A stretch of DNA of 64,000 nt from IMG/VR virus record IMGVR_UViG_3300030419_004440, positions 1 through 64,000 of that record; one strand, 5' to 3'. Below the pieces are notes generated by a model. It made no database searches and was not told the origin of the DNA. It saw only the letters and a list, made by a program, of their open reading frames with translations. Positions within the stretch are counted from its first letter, which is position 1; each line of letters starts with the position of its first letter. Origin of the DNA: a virus. Shown here one piece after another: positions 50,314 through 59,751 of the stretch. Made by a program: the position numbers and the translations under genes.

Positions 50314-51221
50314 TATAGAATCCCTTTCTCTTTTAGTAGCTTATCCGTTCTTTTTCTGAGCAAATCAAATTTTGAACCCTCTTGGATGTCTCTGTGTTTA
50401 TTGGAGCTATTGTGCCAATGCCAAGCAAAAGCGTCTAAGAAAAGAAAATCCCTATCGGATTCTACTTTATCAAATCCGTGACCTACGATAGATCTGAATT
50501 CTGGATCTGTTTGGTTCATTAGCCACTCCGTGTTAAAGATTGTAGACGGGAAGATTGTGAAGTTAGGCCACTCCCGCCACAGTTTTGCAAACGTATCTTT
50601 TCCCCAAATCGTGGTGTCACCTACGGTTGGCATCGTCTTTAATGTCTCTATCAGCCTGTAAGAAAACTCGCTTTGCTTTTTCAACGCAAGCACAGTTGCA
50701 CAAGCACCTTGCACCCCATAGTTGGTCTCAGAACCCCACTGGTACATATACTCTTGATCCAAAATAGCTTTGAAGTCTCTTAAAAATACAATATCCATAT
50801 CTGCCCAAACTCCTCCGTACTTGTGCAGGATTAATATTCTAAACAAGTCTGATTTTAGATAGTACTTGCTGTCAGATGCGTCTAGTTTTGCGTGTTCGTG
50901 TTCTAGTGGAGTTCCTATCGCTTCCGCTCTTGCGTCGTACAGCTTGAGTTCTACGTAATCCATGTAAGGTTTTAAAAGCTCATTGTCGGAAATGTCGTAA
51001 TCTGACCACAGTATTAGCTTTGTCTTTTCAAGATTCTGTGTAGCCAAAAAAGACTTCACACATTCAAGCTCCTTGTCGGTTTTAATTTCCGTATATATGT
51101 GGAAGGGGACGACTTCTTCTGGGTAGTCATATTCTTCGTCCTTCACATTCGAGAAAAACTCTAGACCTTTTGCGTAGTCAACGTATAGTTCAGGATTTTT
51201 TTCATACGATAGATTAATCAT
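50313..51221 (-). CDS. GT32 (Gly_transf_sug) DxD glycosyltransferase
   Basis: KSDLFRILILHKYGGVWADMD...AWHWHN. Confidence 0.85.
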   Translation of the reverse strand: MINLSYEKNPELYVDYAKGLEFFSNVKDEEYDYPEEVVPFHIYTEIKTDKELECVKSFLATQNLEKTKLILWSDYDISDNELLKPYMDYVELKLYDARAEAIGTPLEHEHAKLDASDSKYYLKSDLFRILILHKYGGVWADMDIVFLRDFKAILDQEYMYQWGSETNYGVQGACATVLALKKQSEFSYRLIETLKTMPTVGDTTIWGKDTFAKLWREWPNFTIFPSTIFNTEWLMNQTDPEFRSIVGHGFDKVESDRDFLFLDAFAWHWHNSSNKHRDIQEGSKFDLLRKRTDKLLKEKGIL

Positions 51222-51999
51222 TTATTATCTCCATTGTTGTTTTGAAAGAACCGTCTACTGAACAATTTTTCTCAAACCATTCTATACAGGCCTCTGACAT
51301 TTGTTTTATTTTTTCTGGCGATGAGTTTATAGCTTCTACCATTTCTTCAGCGTCTTTAACGTAGAAATAGTGCTCGTCTTGAGCTGGCGGATTGGCGTAA
51401 AATCTTACGGCATCCTTATTAATTACAATCGGAATAACTCCCAACCCCATGTATTCCACGTCTCTTAGGCATTTAGGACCAACACCGGGAAGGCAAAGTC
51501 CAAACTTAGCTGACGCACAAGCTCTCAAATACTCAACGTGAGGCAATCCACCCCTAAAGCTCCACAGGTCGCAGTGGGCTAACCAGTATGGTGCTGCTTC
51601 ATTTCTTTCTCTGTTTGTTGGCGTTCCGATAAATACGCAGTGATAATCTTTCTTGGCCTGCCTAAGATCTAGTTTCAGTTCATCAAATACTCTTGAATGT
51701 TTAGGCCAAAAAATCCACTTCTTGCTACCTTCACCTTCTTTGTACGTATTAGAAAAAAGACACTGCTTGTACTCGTTTTTTAACCTATCTAAGATCGGAA
51801 AGTCGTACAGCAGCACATTACCCTGTTCTTCTACCCAACACTTTGCCTCCGGAGAGTCGGGGTCTTCCATGTATCCTTCAGATCGTTTATTTGGCCCCTG
51901 TTCGATGGTGCAGAAACCTCTCTCAGACCACATATCCAACAACTCTCTGAAAGAGGAGCCGTCATGACCACCGATTGATGGCTTAATTATCTTAACCAT
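51214..51999 (-). CDS. Exostosin/GT47-like glycosyltransferase
   Basis: EYLRACASAKFGLCLPGVGPKCLRDVEYMGLGVIPIV resembles the GT47 C-terminal signature. Confidence 0.65.
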   Translation of the reverse strand: MVKIIKPSIGGHDGSSFRELLDMWSERGFCTIEQGPNKRSEGYMEDPDSPEAKCWVEEQGNVLLYDFPILDRLKNEYKQCLFSNTYKEGEGSKKWIFWPKHSRVFDELKLDLRQAKKDYHCVFIGTPTNRERNEAAPYWLAHCDLWSFRGGLPHVEYLRACASAKFGLCLPGVGPKCLRDVEYMGLGVIPIVINKDAVRFYANPPAQDEHYFYVKDAEEMVEAINSSPEKIKQMSEACIEWFEKNCSVDGSFKTTMEIIND

Positions 52000-52678
52000 A
52001 GCTAACAACCTCCCAGTTATTTTTTAAGGAGAACCCCATGCCGTGAGACGCCTTAATGTCATGAAAATACAGTTTATTTTTAAGTTTCATGCTGTCTATT
52101 AGATGAGTAAAAGAAGAGCTTATACCGTGTATCTCTTTTGCGTTTTCTATAACGCCCATCCAGTCGAAGATGCTCTTTTCAGATTTCAACCTATCCGGTT
52201 TTACCTGTCTGAGACCACTGTTGATGTTAAGATTATAGTTTCCAACGCTAGACTTGTCGTGAACAAAAATGTACTCCCCGTCCAAGTTTAGCTCACTAAT
52301 TAGTCTCTGTTCTTGCTCAATATCTCTTTCTAGACACCAAGAATCCCAACGCTCTTTAAATGGAACGTTAACGGATTCATAAAATGACCTATCAAATTCA
52401 TGATTTCTACACCTTTCAAACCCCACCCTTAGAAGCGGTGTTGATTTTAAGTTTGAGTTATATTCTTCAATAAACTCTTTGTCCTCTTCGACAACAAAAA
52501 AACTGACCTGTGGAAGATCAGAAAACATTCGTTTAACATTATTTAAATTGGACTTCTTTACAACTAAAGATACACTGTTGAAAGCATAAGCTTTGACTAC
52601 ATATCTAACTATACCGTTGCATATGATGTGATCCCCCAATCCCAAGTGGTGGTGGATAAAACATTCAATAGGCTTCAT
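51992..52678 (-). CDS. GT9-like (heptosyltransferase-fold) protein
   Basis: HHHLGLGDHIICNGIVR N-terminal motif; IENAKEIHGISSSFTHL C-terminal motif. Confidence 0.6.
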   Translation of the reverse strand: MKPIECFIHHHLGLGDHIICNGIVRYVVKAYAFNSVSLVVKKSNLNNVKRMFSDLPQVSFFVVEEDKEFIEEYNSNLKSTPLLRVGFERCRNHEFDRSFYESVNVPFKERWDSWCLERDIEQEQRLISELNLDGEYIFVHDKSSVGNYNLNINSGLRQVKPDRLKSEKSIFDWMGVIENAKEIHGISSSFTHLIDSMKLKNKLYFHDIKASHGMGFSLKNNWEVVSYG

Positions 52679-53036
52679 ACGACTTTTCCTCAAAGATATT
52701 AGATCCAGACAATTCGTTTATAACCCTCTTCGCTTTAAAACGTTCATCATTGGTAAAATAAACGGATCGTGCTAGCTGAATAAACTCGTCATCAAACTGC
52801 CTGTTTCTTTCCTTTTCCCTTATTTGATCTTCTATTCCCCACAACGTCCTGTTTATGTTATGCAATCTAACAAACTCTTTGCTGTCTCTGGCGACTATGC
52901 CATCTGCAATATGGCCTATTTCATCAATTTCTTTCTGTACATTCTGTAACTTGTCTTCATTTTTAATAGCTTCTTTTTTTATCAGTAAAATGGTCAGCTT
53001 ATCGACTATCTCCCCGTTGGATACTTCTATTTTCAT
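52665..53036 (-). CDS. DUF6165-like protein
   Basis: IEVSNGEIVDKLTILLIK...INRTLWGIEDQIREKE...FDDEFIQLARSVYFTNDERF; this family is typically found beside glycosyltransferases. Confidence 0.75.
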   Translation of the reverse strand: MKIEVSNGEIVDKLTILLIKKEAIKNEDKLQNVQKEIDEIGHIADGIVARDSKEFVRLHNINRTLWGIEDQIREKERNRQFDDEFIQLARSVYFTNDERFKAKRVINELSGSNIFEEKSYEAY

Positions 53037-53668
53037 TATTGAAACTCCGGCTCGTCAAACTGATTATAAACTTGACCAACGAAATTCATATTAGTCCTAG
53101 CGGGCGAATTAGAGGGAAAAGGTTTTTTCTCGAAAAACTCGTCGTGTACAAGTGCCTCTTCTTTTACTACTGGGTATATAACTTCTCTTAGAAAGTTTTG
53201 GTCTACCTGATATTTGTCATCAAACGCCTTTTTGTCGTATTCATATATCATTTCTTTGATGCCCTTAAGTATCCCGTTTCTAGCACCCCACATTCCGCCC
53301 AAGATTTCTGTCGCGTGATATGGGTGGTCTCGTATTATATGAAAGTCTTTGTCGCTTTTTAGCCAGTCGTCTATGGCCGCCTTTTCCCTTTCCCCAAGTC
53401 TGGAGTCTGTGTCTCTAGATATAACCACGTCGTGAGAGTCGGCAGCAAAGAACCTCCAAAACATGCCGTTCCAACCGGATTCGGACATGATCAAGCATTC
53501 GGCGTCTAGATCGCAGAGTGTTTTTATTATATACTCTGGAACATCTGGGCCTATATAAAACCTACAAACCCAGTCCGGAAACATGTCCTTTGCTATTTGA
53601 ACGTTTTTTACGGCACCCATTGTGTACTTTGGGTCGTCACCCCAAAGACTGAATGATATTATCTTCAT
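53036..53668 (-). CDS. Putative GT-A-fold glycosyltransferase (IISFSLWG family)
   Basis: KIISFSLWG, MFWRF, SRDTDSR, RDHPYH, ILGGMWG, DQNFL; start at 53668 (TAATG overlap). Confidence 0.65.
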   Translation of the reverse strand: MKIISFSLWGDDPKYTMGAVKNVQIAKDMFPDWVCRFYIGPDVPEYIIKTLCDLDAECLIMSESGWNGMFWRFFAADSHDVVISRDTDSRLGEREKAAIDDWLKSDKDFHIIRDHPYHATEILGGMWGARNGILKGIKEMIYEYDKKAFDDKYQVDQNFLREVIYPVVKEEALVHDEFFEKKPFPSNSPARTNMNFVGQVYNQFDEPEFQ

Positions 53669-54288
53669 TAATATCTCCTGCAAAGGCATTGGTAAGGCCT
53701 TTCGCTTTCCATGGTTACAACTTCGTCTCTTTCTACATTATAGCAGGAGAAACCGTTATCCTCAATCAAAATTTTTCTAATTTCTGGCCAAAGCTCGTTC
53801 GAGTGATTTTCAATAAGAATTGTTTTTGTTTTTTTGATGGATTGCTCCATGCCGTGCAACACCTTTAATTCAGCACCTTCGACATCTATTTTTATAAAAG
53901 ATATCTCATCTTCATCTTTAAGTAATTCGTCAAGAGTCATAGACTTTATTTCGCCCACCTTGACGTTTGGAACATTTGATGTGCTGTATCCAATTATATT
54001 GTGTACCTCACTACTGTCCCCAAGATAAACGTCTTCTGTTCCGTTTTTATCTGAAATTGCAGCGTTCACAAATTCAATATTATTGCAGTGACCGAAACGC
54101 ATTTCTAGGCTTGAAAATGTCTGGGGAAAAAGCTCTACGCAATAAATCTTGCCAGTGTTACCTAGAATCCTAGAAAAAAACGAGGTGTACGAACCGTGGC
54201 AAGCACCTACGTCTACAACAACGTCGCCTAAACTTATCAGGGATTCTTTACTTATTAAGTCGAAATTTTTTACGTCGTGATTATCCAT
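53668..54288 (-). CDS. FkbM-family methyltransferase
   Basis: VVVDVGACHG, NAAISD, TLDELL, FIKIDVEGAELKVLHG. Confidence 0.92.
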   Translation of the reverse strand: MDNHDVKNFDLISKESLISLGDVVVDVGACHGSYTSFFSRILGNTGKIYCVELFPQTFSSLEMRFGHCNNIEFVNAAISDKNGTEDVYLGDSSEVHNIIGYSTSNVPNVKVGEIKSMTLDELLKDEDEISFIKIDVEGAELKVLHGMEQSIKKTKTILIENHSNELWPEIRKILIEDNGFSCYNVERDEVVTMESERPYQCLCRRY

Positions 54289-54296
54289 TATTATTC

Positions 54297-55007
54297 CTAG
54301 TCTACTGTTATTTTGTTTTTGGGAAAGCCCATTTCTTTTCGTTTAATGAACACGTAGTGATCTCTTCCTGAGTAGTGGAGAGTTTTTTGAGCGGCAAGAT
54401 CGAGATCACCCTCGTTTTGCGTCCCCTTAACGCTGTAGTGCTCGTGCGTTATGATTATTTTGTCTATGTATTGCTCTCTCCCCATGTCTCTCACGACTTC
54501 GGTAAATTCATCGTCACAATATAGACTCTTGTAGTCTGGGTGATAGATATAACCGAAACGTTCGTAGAGCTTTCTTCCAAGTATGGAAAAAGTTATTAAT
54601 TTACCGTGAGTGTTTCCGTCATCGAAGTGAACGCAGCCGTCTAGGTCTGGAAAGTGTTCATCCATAGCTTCGGATATTTCCTTGTCCCAGCCGTCAACTT
54701 TGGGCACCATGTCGTCAGAAGCACAAACTAAGACATCAAATTCCAGCCCATCTATGTGATTGTTTATGGCACTAATTTTTTCTGTCCCGTAGTCATACCA
54801 AAGGTTGTACTTAACGTTCGGTTTCTTAGAAAAAATGTAGTCTACCCTTTGTTGTACATAAGGGTCTTTCATGGTCTCATCTTCTGAGTCACAGTTTATG
54901 TTGAATTCCAATTCGTTAGAGTCGCTAGACATCATTACGTATTGATTTAAAACTTCTAAAAACTTGTTGGCTCTTGCAAAGGTGGGAAATTGAACTAATA
55001 ACTTCAT
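54297..55007 (-). CDS. GT2-like glycosyltransferase
   Basis: LLVQFPTFAR, KISAIN, DVLVCASDDMVP, YKSLYCDDE, IITHEH. Confidence 0.75.
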   Translation of the reverse strand: MKLLVQFPTFARANKFLEVLNQYVMMSSDSNELEFNINCDSEDETMKDPYVQQRVDYIFSKKPNVKYNLWYDYGTEKISAINNHIDGLEFDVLVCASDDMVPKVDGWDKEISEAMDEHFPDLDGCVHFDDGNTHGKLITFSILGRKLYERFGYIYHPDYKSLYCDDEFTEVVRDMGREQYIDKIIITHEHYSVKGTQNEGDLDLAAQKTLHYSGRDHYVFIKRKEMGFPKNKITVD

Positions 55008-55900
55008 TTTAGCCAATCCCCCAGCTTAACCTTTGCTTCCCACTTCAATATGTCGTTTGCCTTGCTTGTATCTGCTAGGCTATCCCTTGCCTCACCTAGT
55101 CTTTCTGGCAAATTTACATATGTTACATCTTCTCCGCCTACCATTTTCGCTAAATCCATTATCGTGTGATTTTTCCCCGCACCAATGTTAAAAATATTTC
55201 CAAAGGCACGTTTATCATCTGTAAAAGCTGCTTTCATGTTGGCTTCAACCACGTCGGAAACATGGGTAAAATCTCTTGACTGAAGCCCATCGCCCACTAT
55301 TGTGAGGGGTACACCTTCATTAAGCTGTTTTTGAAATAAACCTACGACCGGTGCGTATTGACCGCTGGTAGGCTGCCGGTCTCCATAAACATTGAAGTAT
55401 CTAAATATAACTGTCTCTAAACCATAAAGTTTATAAAACATTTTGCACAACTCTTCTCCTGAAACCTTCGTTACAGAATATGCGTTTAGGCAGTCGTTTT
55501 TCATGTCTTCGTTTAGCGGGATTGGGTGGGCAACTCCGTACGCAGCAGAAGTTGATGAATACATAACCCTTTTAACTCCGGCTTCTTTGGCCGCTTGTAG
55601 TACGCTGCAAGTTCCGACAGAGTTGGTCAAAGTTGCCGCGACAGGATTATTTATGCATGGCTGAATTCTAGATTCGGCAGCTAAATGGAAAACTAAATCA
55701 ACGCCTTCAAAATGATGCTTTATATTGTAGTAGTCTTCTACGGAATAGAAGGAGTACTCAGCGTCATCGTTGAAGTAAAAATTCTCGTGGCTATCTGCTG
55801 ACAAGTCATCAATTACCAAGACCTTATGACCATCATCCACTAGACGATCAACTATATGAGATCCTATAAATCCGGCACCACCTGTAACTATTACGTTCAT
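55004..55900 (-). CDS. NAD-dependent nucleotide-sugar epimerase/dehydratase (GalE/WbpP-like extended SDR)
   Basis: VTGGAGFIGSH, FHLAA, YSSTSAAYG, YSVTK, FRYFNVYG, GDGLQSRDFTHVSDVV. Confidence 0.93.
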   Translation of the reverse strand: MNVIVTGGAGFIGSHIVDRLVDDGHKVLVIDDLSADSHENFYFNDDAEYSFYSVEDYYNIKHHFEGVDLVFHLAAESRIQPCINNPVAATLTNSVGTCSVLQAAKEAGVKRVMYSSTSAAYGVAHPIPLNEDMKNDCLNAYSVTKVSGEELCKMFYKLYGLETVIFRYFNVYGDRQPTSGQYAPVVGLFQKQLNEGVPLTIVGDGLQSRDFTHVSDVVEANMKAAFTDDKRAFGNIFNIGAGKNHTIMDLAKMVGGEDVTYVNLPERLGEARDSLADTSKANDILKWEAKVKLGDWLK

Positions 55901-56778
55901 AATTTTTCACTAGTCCTTTCCAATTTACCTGAAATTTCCGAGGATTTTAACAGCCTGAACAGTCTAGCTGCACGCCTAAAGCAGTTATGGCGAGACTTGA
56001 CTTGTTTTTTCAGAATCTGACCTATATCGCCTTCTTCCGAAGTCTCTATAAATAGAGTTGACAGTATGTTGTCCAGTGTGGACTGTTGGCTTTCATCTAC
56101 TTTGATTTTTATATTGTTGCACCTAAGAAGAGAATCAAAAAGCAGTTGCGATGTCACGATATTTACGTCGTCGGCCAACACCACCGTGTCGTACTTTTCG
56201 TAAAAAGACACCGCTGACGTTATATCTAAAAACATGTCGGCATATCCGCTTTGATCCTGCTGATTGAAAGAAACGACGTGACAGGAATCTTGATTGGCTA
56301 CCGACTCCTGAACCATGCTGTTATTGGTAATGGAGAAGACACACGTATCAAGCCTGTAGTCTGGGGTTGGCATTCTTGGTATAAAGACATCTGCGGCAGG
56401 GTATATGCCCTCTATCTTTACCCCCTTTTGAGAGACATTGCTTGTATTTTTATACATATTAGTGAAAAGGAATGGAACGTTTATTTTGGTGTCCTTTATA
56501 ATACCTTCAATCGTTTCTATCTCTGATTGCTGGGCACCGGACACATTTAATATCATGCTAATATTTTTATTGCCTGATAAGTATTTAATTATGTCGTTCG
56601 TTAAAAATTTAAAGTGGGAAATAAAAACATCTGGCTTTGTAAAATCGAAGGTGTCAAAAGCACTCTTGCTTGGATCACTCCACAAAACTGACTCCTCCCC
56701 AACTTCCGCGAGGCACTGTTGGAGATACATGGGTTCTGTAGATAAAGCAGAGGTGTAATTTTGAATTAGGGTTTTCAT
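55897..56778 (-). CDS. Hypothetical protein (possibly degenerate GT-B fold)
   Basis: ATGA-coupled on both sides; FDFTKPDVFI and a C-terminal HNCFRRAARL resembling CgeB-like ends. Confidence 0.5.
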   Translation of the reverse strand: MKTLIQNYTSALSTEPMYLQQCLAEVGEESVLWSDPSKSAFDTFDFTKPDVFISHFKFLTNDIIKYLSGNKNISMILNVSGAQQSEIETIEGIIKDTKINVPFLFTNMYKNTSNVSQKGVKIEGIYPAADVFIPRMPTPDYRLDTCVFSITNNSMVQESVANQDSCHVVSFNQQDQSGYADMFLDITSAVSFYEKYDTVVLADDVNIVTSQLLFDSLLRCNNIKIKVDESQQSTLDNILSTLFIETSEEGDIGQILKKQVKSRHNCFRRAARLFRLLKSSEISGKLERTSEKL

Positions 56779-57521
56779 ATTCTTGTGATCCTCTTTAGGG
56801 TTTTTATGTTTTGTATTTTTACGGTTGATGTGTTTAAGATATCGGTTACAATTACTCTGTTATCCTTTAAGATTACATTAATGGCTTCAAACAAAAATCT
56901 ATTTTTGTACTCTGGGTTAGATACGGTTGAATATAAATTACTGATAATTTTTCTGCCACACAGATAAGCAACTTCATTCCATAGCTTAGTTTTAACCCCC
57001 ACGGCCATAGACTGTAGTACTGATTCGTTTTCTATCAGCCCCACGTCAAAGTTTTTGTATTCGTCCTTTTCTTGGCACAGTACGCCGGATTGACTATAGT
57101 CTATACTACTCAGCATATCTGGAGTTAAGAGTAGTGCCCCGTTACACAGTAATATTCTACTGTTATTTATGTTGTGGAGGCACAGTCTAGCACTCTCGCA
57201 GCAGTTTGAATTGAAATGCATCTGATTTTCTACAACTCGTATATTTATATCTGCGAAGTTGTTTTTGACAAATTCCACCGTTTTCTGTGTTTCAAAACCA
57301 GAGCATAGTATAATTTCAAAGTTTTTAAAGGTGGCTTTTATCGCATCAACCTGTCTCTGTATTAAAGTTTTTCCCTCTATTTTCATTAACGAAATAGGCC
57401 CATAGGACTTCATCCTATAGCCATGATTCTCGCTAAACAAAACTACCGAGATAAACGATTCCTGAGACCCCTTGGGTTCACCCGAAACGGGACTGGTTAT
57501 AAATCTAGATTTTCTTCTCAT
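56775..57521 (-). CDS. Sugar-phosphate nucleotidyltransferase-like protein (LicC/NTP_transferase fold), degenerate signature
   Basis: VVLFSENHGYRMKSYGPISLMKIEGKTLIQRQV, EIILCSGF, NSNCCESARL, LLCNG. Confidence 0.7.
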   Translation of the reverse strand: MRRKSRFITSPVSGEPKGSQESFISVVLFSENHGYRMKSYGPISLMKIEGKTLIQRQVDAIKATFKNFEIILCSGFETQKTVEFVKNNFADINIRVVENQMHFNSNCCESARLCLHNINNSRILLCNGALLLTPDMLSSIDYSQSGVLCQEKDEYKNFDVGLIENESVLQSMAVGVKTKLWNEVAYLCGRKIISNLYSTVSNPEYKNRFLFEAINVILKDNRVIVTDILNTSTVKIQNIKTLKRITRI

Positions 57522-58329
57522 ATTTCCTATAATTTTTTTGATTTATAGCAAGTTCTTTAATTTCTTTGACCATTAAATCGTAATCTAGGAAGTCGAGATA
57601 GTTTGAGTTTATGACGCCGTACGCTAGTGCAGACACGTCACTATCGGTGTCTTCAAAAAAAGCGGTTCTATTTAAAAGCTCATTGACTTCCTTGTCTATG
57701 AAGTTGAAGAAGTTACTGTCTATTAGTTGTCCGGCCTGAATTTTTACTATGAAATTACAGCCGATACCAACTGTTCTTTTAAACGCGTCCGTGTCTATCT
57801 GATACTTGTCAGCAAACGGGCCACTTGTCAGTGAATCCGCATGTATGACTAGATCTGCTTTAATGTCTTGTTCAAGAAGTTTGTGCACGCCGTTTACTAA
57901 TACCTGCGTGTGAACCCCTTTTTGTATTGCAGAAATCGACGCTATGATCTTGCCTCTTTCATAGTCGCTATCAATTATTGATTTAATACTTTTGTTTAAC
58001 TCGTCTTCCGTTTGTTCAGAAATCTCTATAACTACTCCAAAGCTAGTTTTAGTTTCTTCTTTTGCCTTATCCTGAAGCTCGACTTCGTTCGTTATTTTTA
58101 AAGCTCTTTTCCACTTAGATGATCTGTACATATTACAGAACCTATCTAATCTATAATATTGGTGCAGCTCATCATTTTCAAGACAGTCGTCGACAGGTTG
58201 CAAATTGGCTTCGCCTCGTTCTACAAGCTTCTCTAGTCTACCCACCTTGCATCCGTCTTGCCACAATCCGAACGGACCTCCGCTAGACGGGGGAGCTGAG
58301 GTAGCGAATATACATTTTGAACAATCCAT
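57505..58329 (-). CDS. Hypothetical protein (N-terminal Cys motif, GT-A-like C-terminal part)
   Basis: CSKCIF...GCKVGRL...RFCNMYR followed by FGVVI...LNKSIKSIIDSDY. Confidence 0.5.
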   Translation of the reverse strand: MDCSKCIFATSAPPSSGGPFGLWQDGCKVGRLEKLVERGEANLQPVDDCLENDELHQYYRLDRFCNMYRSSKWKRALKITNEVELQDKAKEETKTSFGVVIEISEQTEDELNKSIKSIIDSDYERGKIIASISAIQKGVHTQVLVNGVHKLLEQDIKADLVIHADSLTSGPFADKYQIDTDAFKRTVGIGCNFIVKIQAGQLIDSNFFNFIDKEVNELLNRTAFFEDTDSDVSALAYGVINSNYLDFLDYDLMVKEIKELAINQKNYRKYEKKI

Positions 58330-58330
58330 T

Positions 58331-58747
58331 TTAAGCCCTTTGTGCCACTATTTCAAAATGAATTCCAGCGAGTTGTGTATTTAATACTTTCAACCCGAGA
58401 GACTCTATGAATGGTTTTATTTCATTTAAAGAAGACATAGAATTAATACTTTGAATAAGCTGTGCTCCATCTGCTTCTTCTATTGCACCGTTGATTACGC
58501 TCTTGCAAAATAGCCGCAAGTCTTTTCCTCCAATGATAAGCTTTCCGCCTAAGCGGAGCTTGCTAACCAAGGAGACAATGCAATCCCTGATGTTGCTAAG
58601 ATAAAAAGAGTCTAAGACATCGTTTGCTAATATCTCAGTACACTCATTGTCGGATATATCCATAAAGTTTATATAGTTATCAGATACGAGAACTTTCTTG
58701 TATCCTTCAATTGCTTCTTGCTCCATTTTGATAACATGAATCTTCAT
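58331..58747 (-). CDS. Truncated methyltransferase-like protein
   Basis: CTEILANDVLD...LVSKLRLGGKLII resembles the C-terminal half of class I methyltransferases; motif I is absent. Confidence 0.5.
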   Translation of the reverse strand: MKIHVIKMEQEAIEGYKKVLVSDNYINFMDISDNECTEILANDVLDSFYLSNIRDCIVSLVSKLRLGGKLIIGGKDLRLFCKSVINGAIEEADGAQLIQSINSMSSLNEIKPFIESLGLKVLNTQLAGIHFEIVAQRA

Positions 58748-59751
58748 TTTTTAACTCCGTATGCGATGTCGAATGTTTTGTTCCAGTTATTTATAAAACT
58801 CTCTTCTGAGAAATTCTCAATTACCGTCTTTCTCGCCTCTTGACCCATTGATTTTCTGAGGTGTTCGTCACCTAAAAGAGTATGTATGTATTTTTTTAGT
58901 TCTTCTTCGTCGTTTGACATAAATCCGTTAACTCCGTTTTCTATGATTTCGGGAATCATACAGGTGGCGGTAGAAACGACTGCACATCCGCAGGACATCG
59001 CCTCTAGCAACGAGGTTGGAACTGGACTAATTGTAGATGTGTTGAGAAATACTTTTGCCGTATTGTACTCTAGAACTAGGTCTTCTATCGACTCAGCGGG
59101 CTTTGAGAGGCCTTCTGAGCAAGTCCCAAGTAGTCTGGCCTCAAAACCTTCGGTCACTCTTTTCCAACCGTTGTAGTTGCAGCAGTAGTCACGATTTTTA
59201 AAATCGTTTACCACACTAAGAATTTCTGCGTGCGTGGCAGGTTCACCTTTTCTCTCTTCGGTGGGGCTAAATAGCTCTGTGTCAACAGAGTGATGAATTA
59301 CTCGTGGATCACAGTTCATTTTCCATTGGTCGATTGAGTACTCGGAAATAAATAAATTTATATCTCCGACCATACTTCTAAAGGCTTGAAGCTGTTCTTG
59401 GGGCCAGCTAGGTATGGGGAGTGTATGCTCCAGAGAGATTATTGGGATGTTAAGAGTTTGATTTATTTGACTGGCTACTTGGAACTGACCAAATTTACTT
59501 TGAGTCAAAATAAAATCGAATTCAATGCCTGAGATTAGACTATTCTTTGGAAGAATATAATAATTGCCGGGAAGTTCAGCGTAGGTATTATCCCACTCTT
59601 TACAGTTATCGTATCTAAACGAGTAAAAATTGTGTCCAGTTTTACACAGCTGGGTCTGGTATCTCTCGTGCGTATCGAAGGTAAGTATGTTATACTTATC
59701 TTTAGTGGCATTTAGAGATCTATTTATAATACTTGCTGTTCTATGACTCAT
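58744..59751 (-). CDS. Glycosyltransferase family 4 (GT-B)
   Basis: VFLNTSTISPVPTSLLEAMSCGCAVVST...IPEIIENGVNGF...MGQEARK. Confidence 0.92.
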   Translation of the reverse strand: MSHRTASIINRSLNATKDKYNILTFDTHERYQTQLCKTGHNFYSFRYDNCKEWDNTYAELPGNYYILPKNSLISGIEFDFILTQSKFGQFQVASQINQTLNIPIISLEHTLPIPSWPQEQLQAFRSMVGDINLFISEYSIDQWKMNCDPRVIHHSVDTELFSPTEERKGEPATHAEILSVVNDFKNRDYCCNYNGWKRVTEGFEARLLGTCSEGLSKPAESIEDLVLEYNTAKVFLNTSTISPVPTSLLEAMSCGCAVVSTATCMIPEIIENGVNGFMSNDEEELKKYIHTLLGDEHLRKSMGQEARKTVIENFSEESFINNWNKTFDIAYGVKK

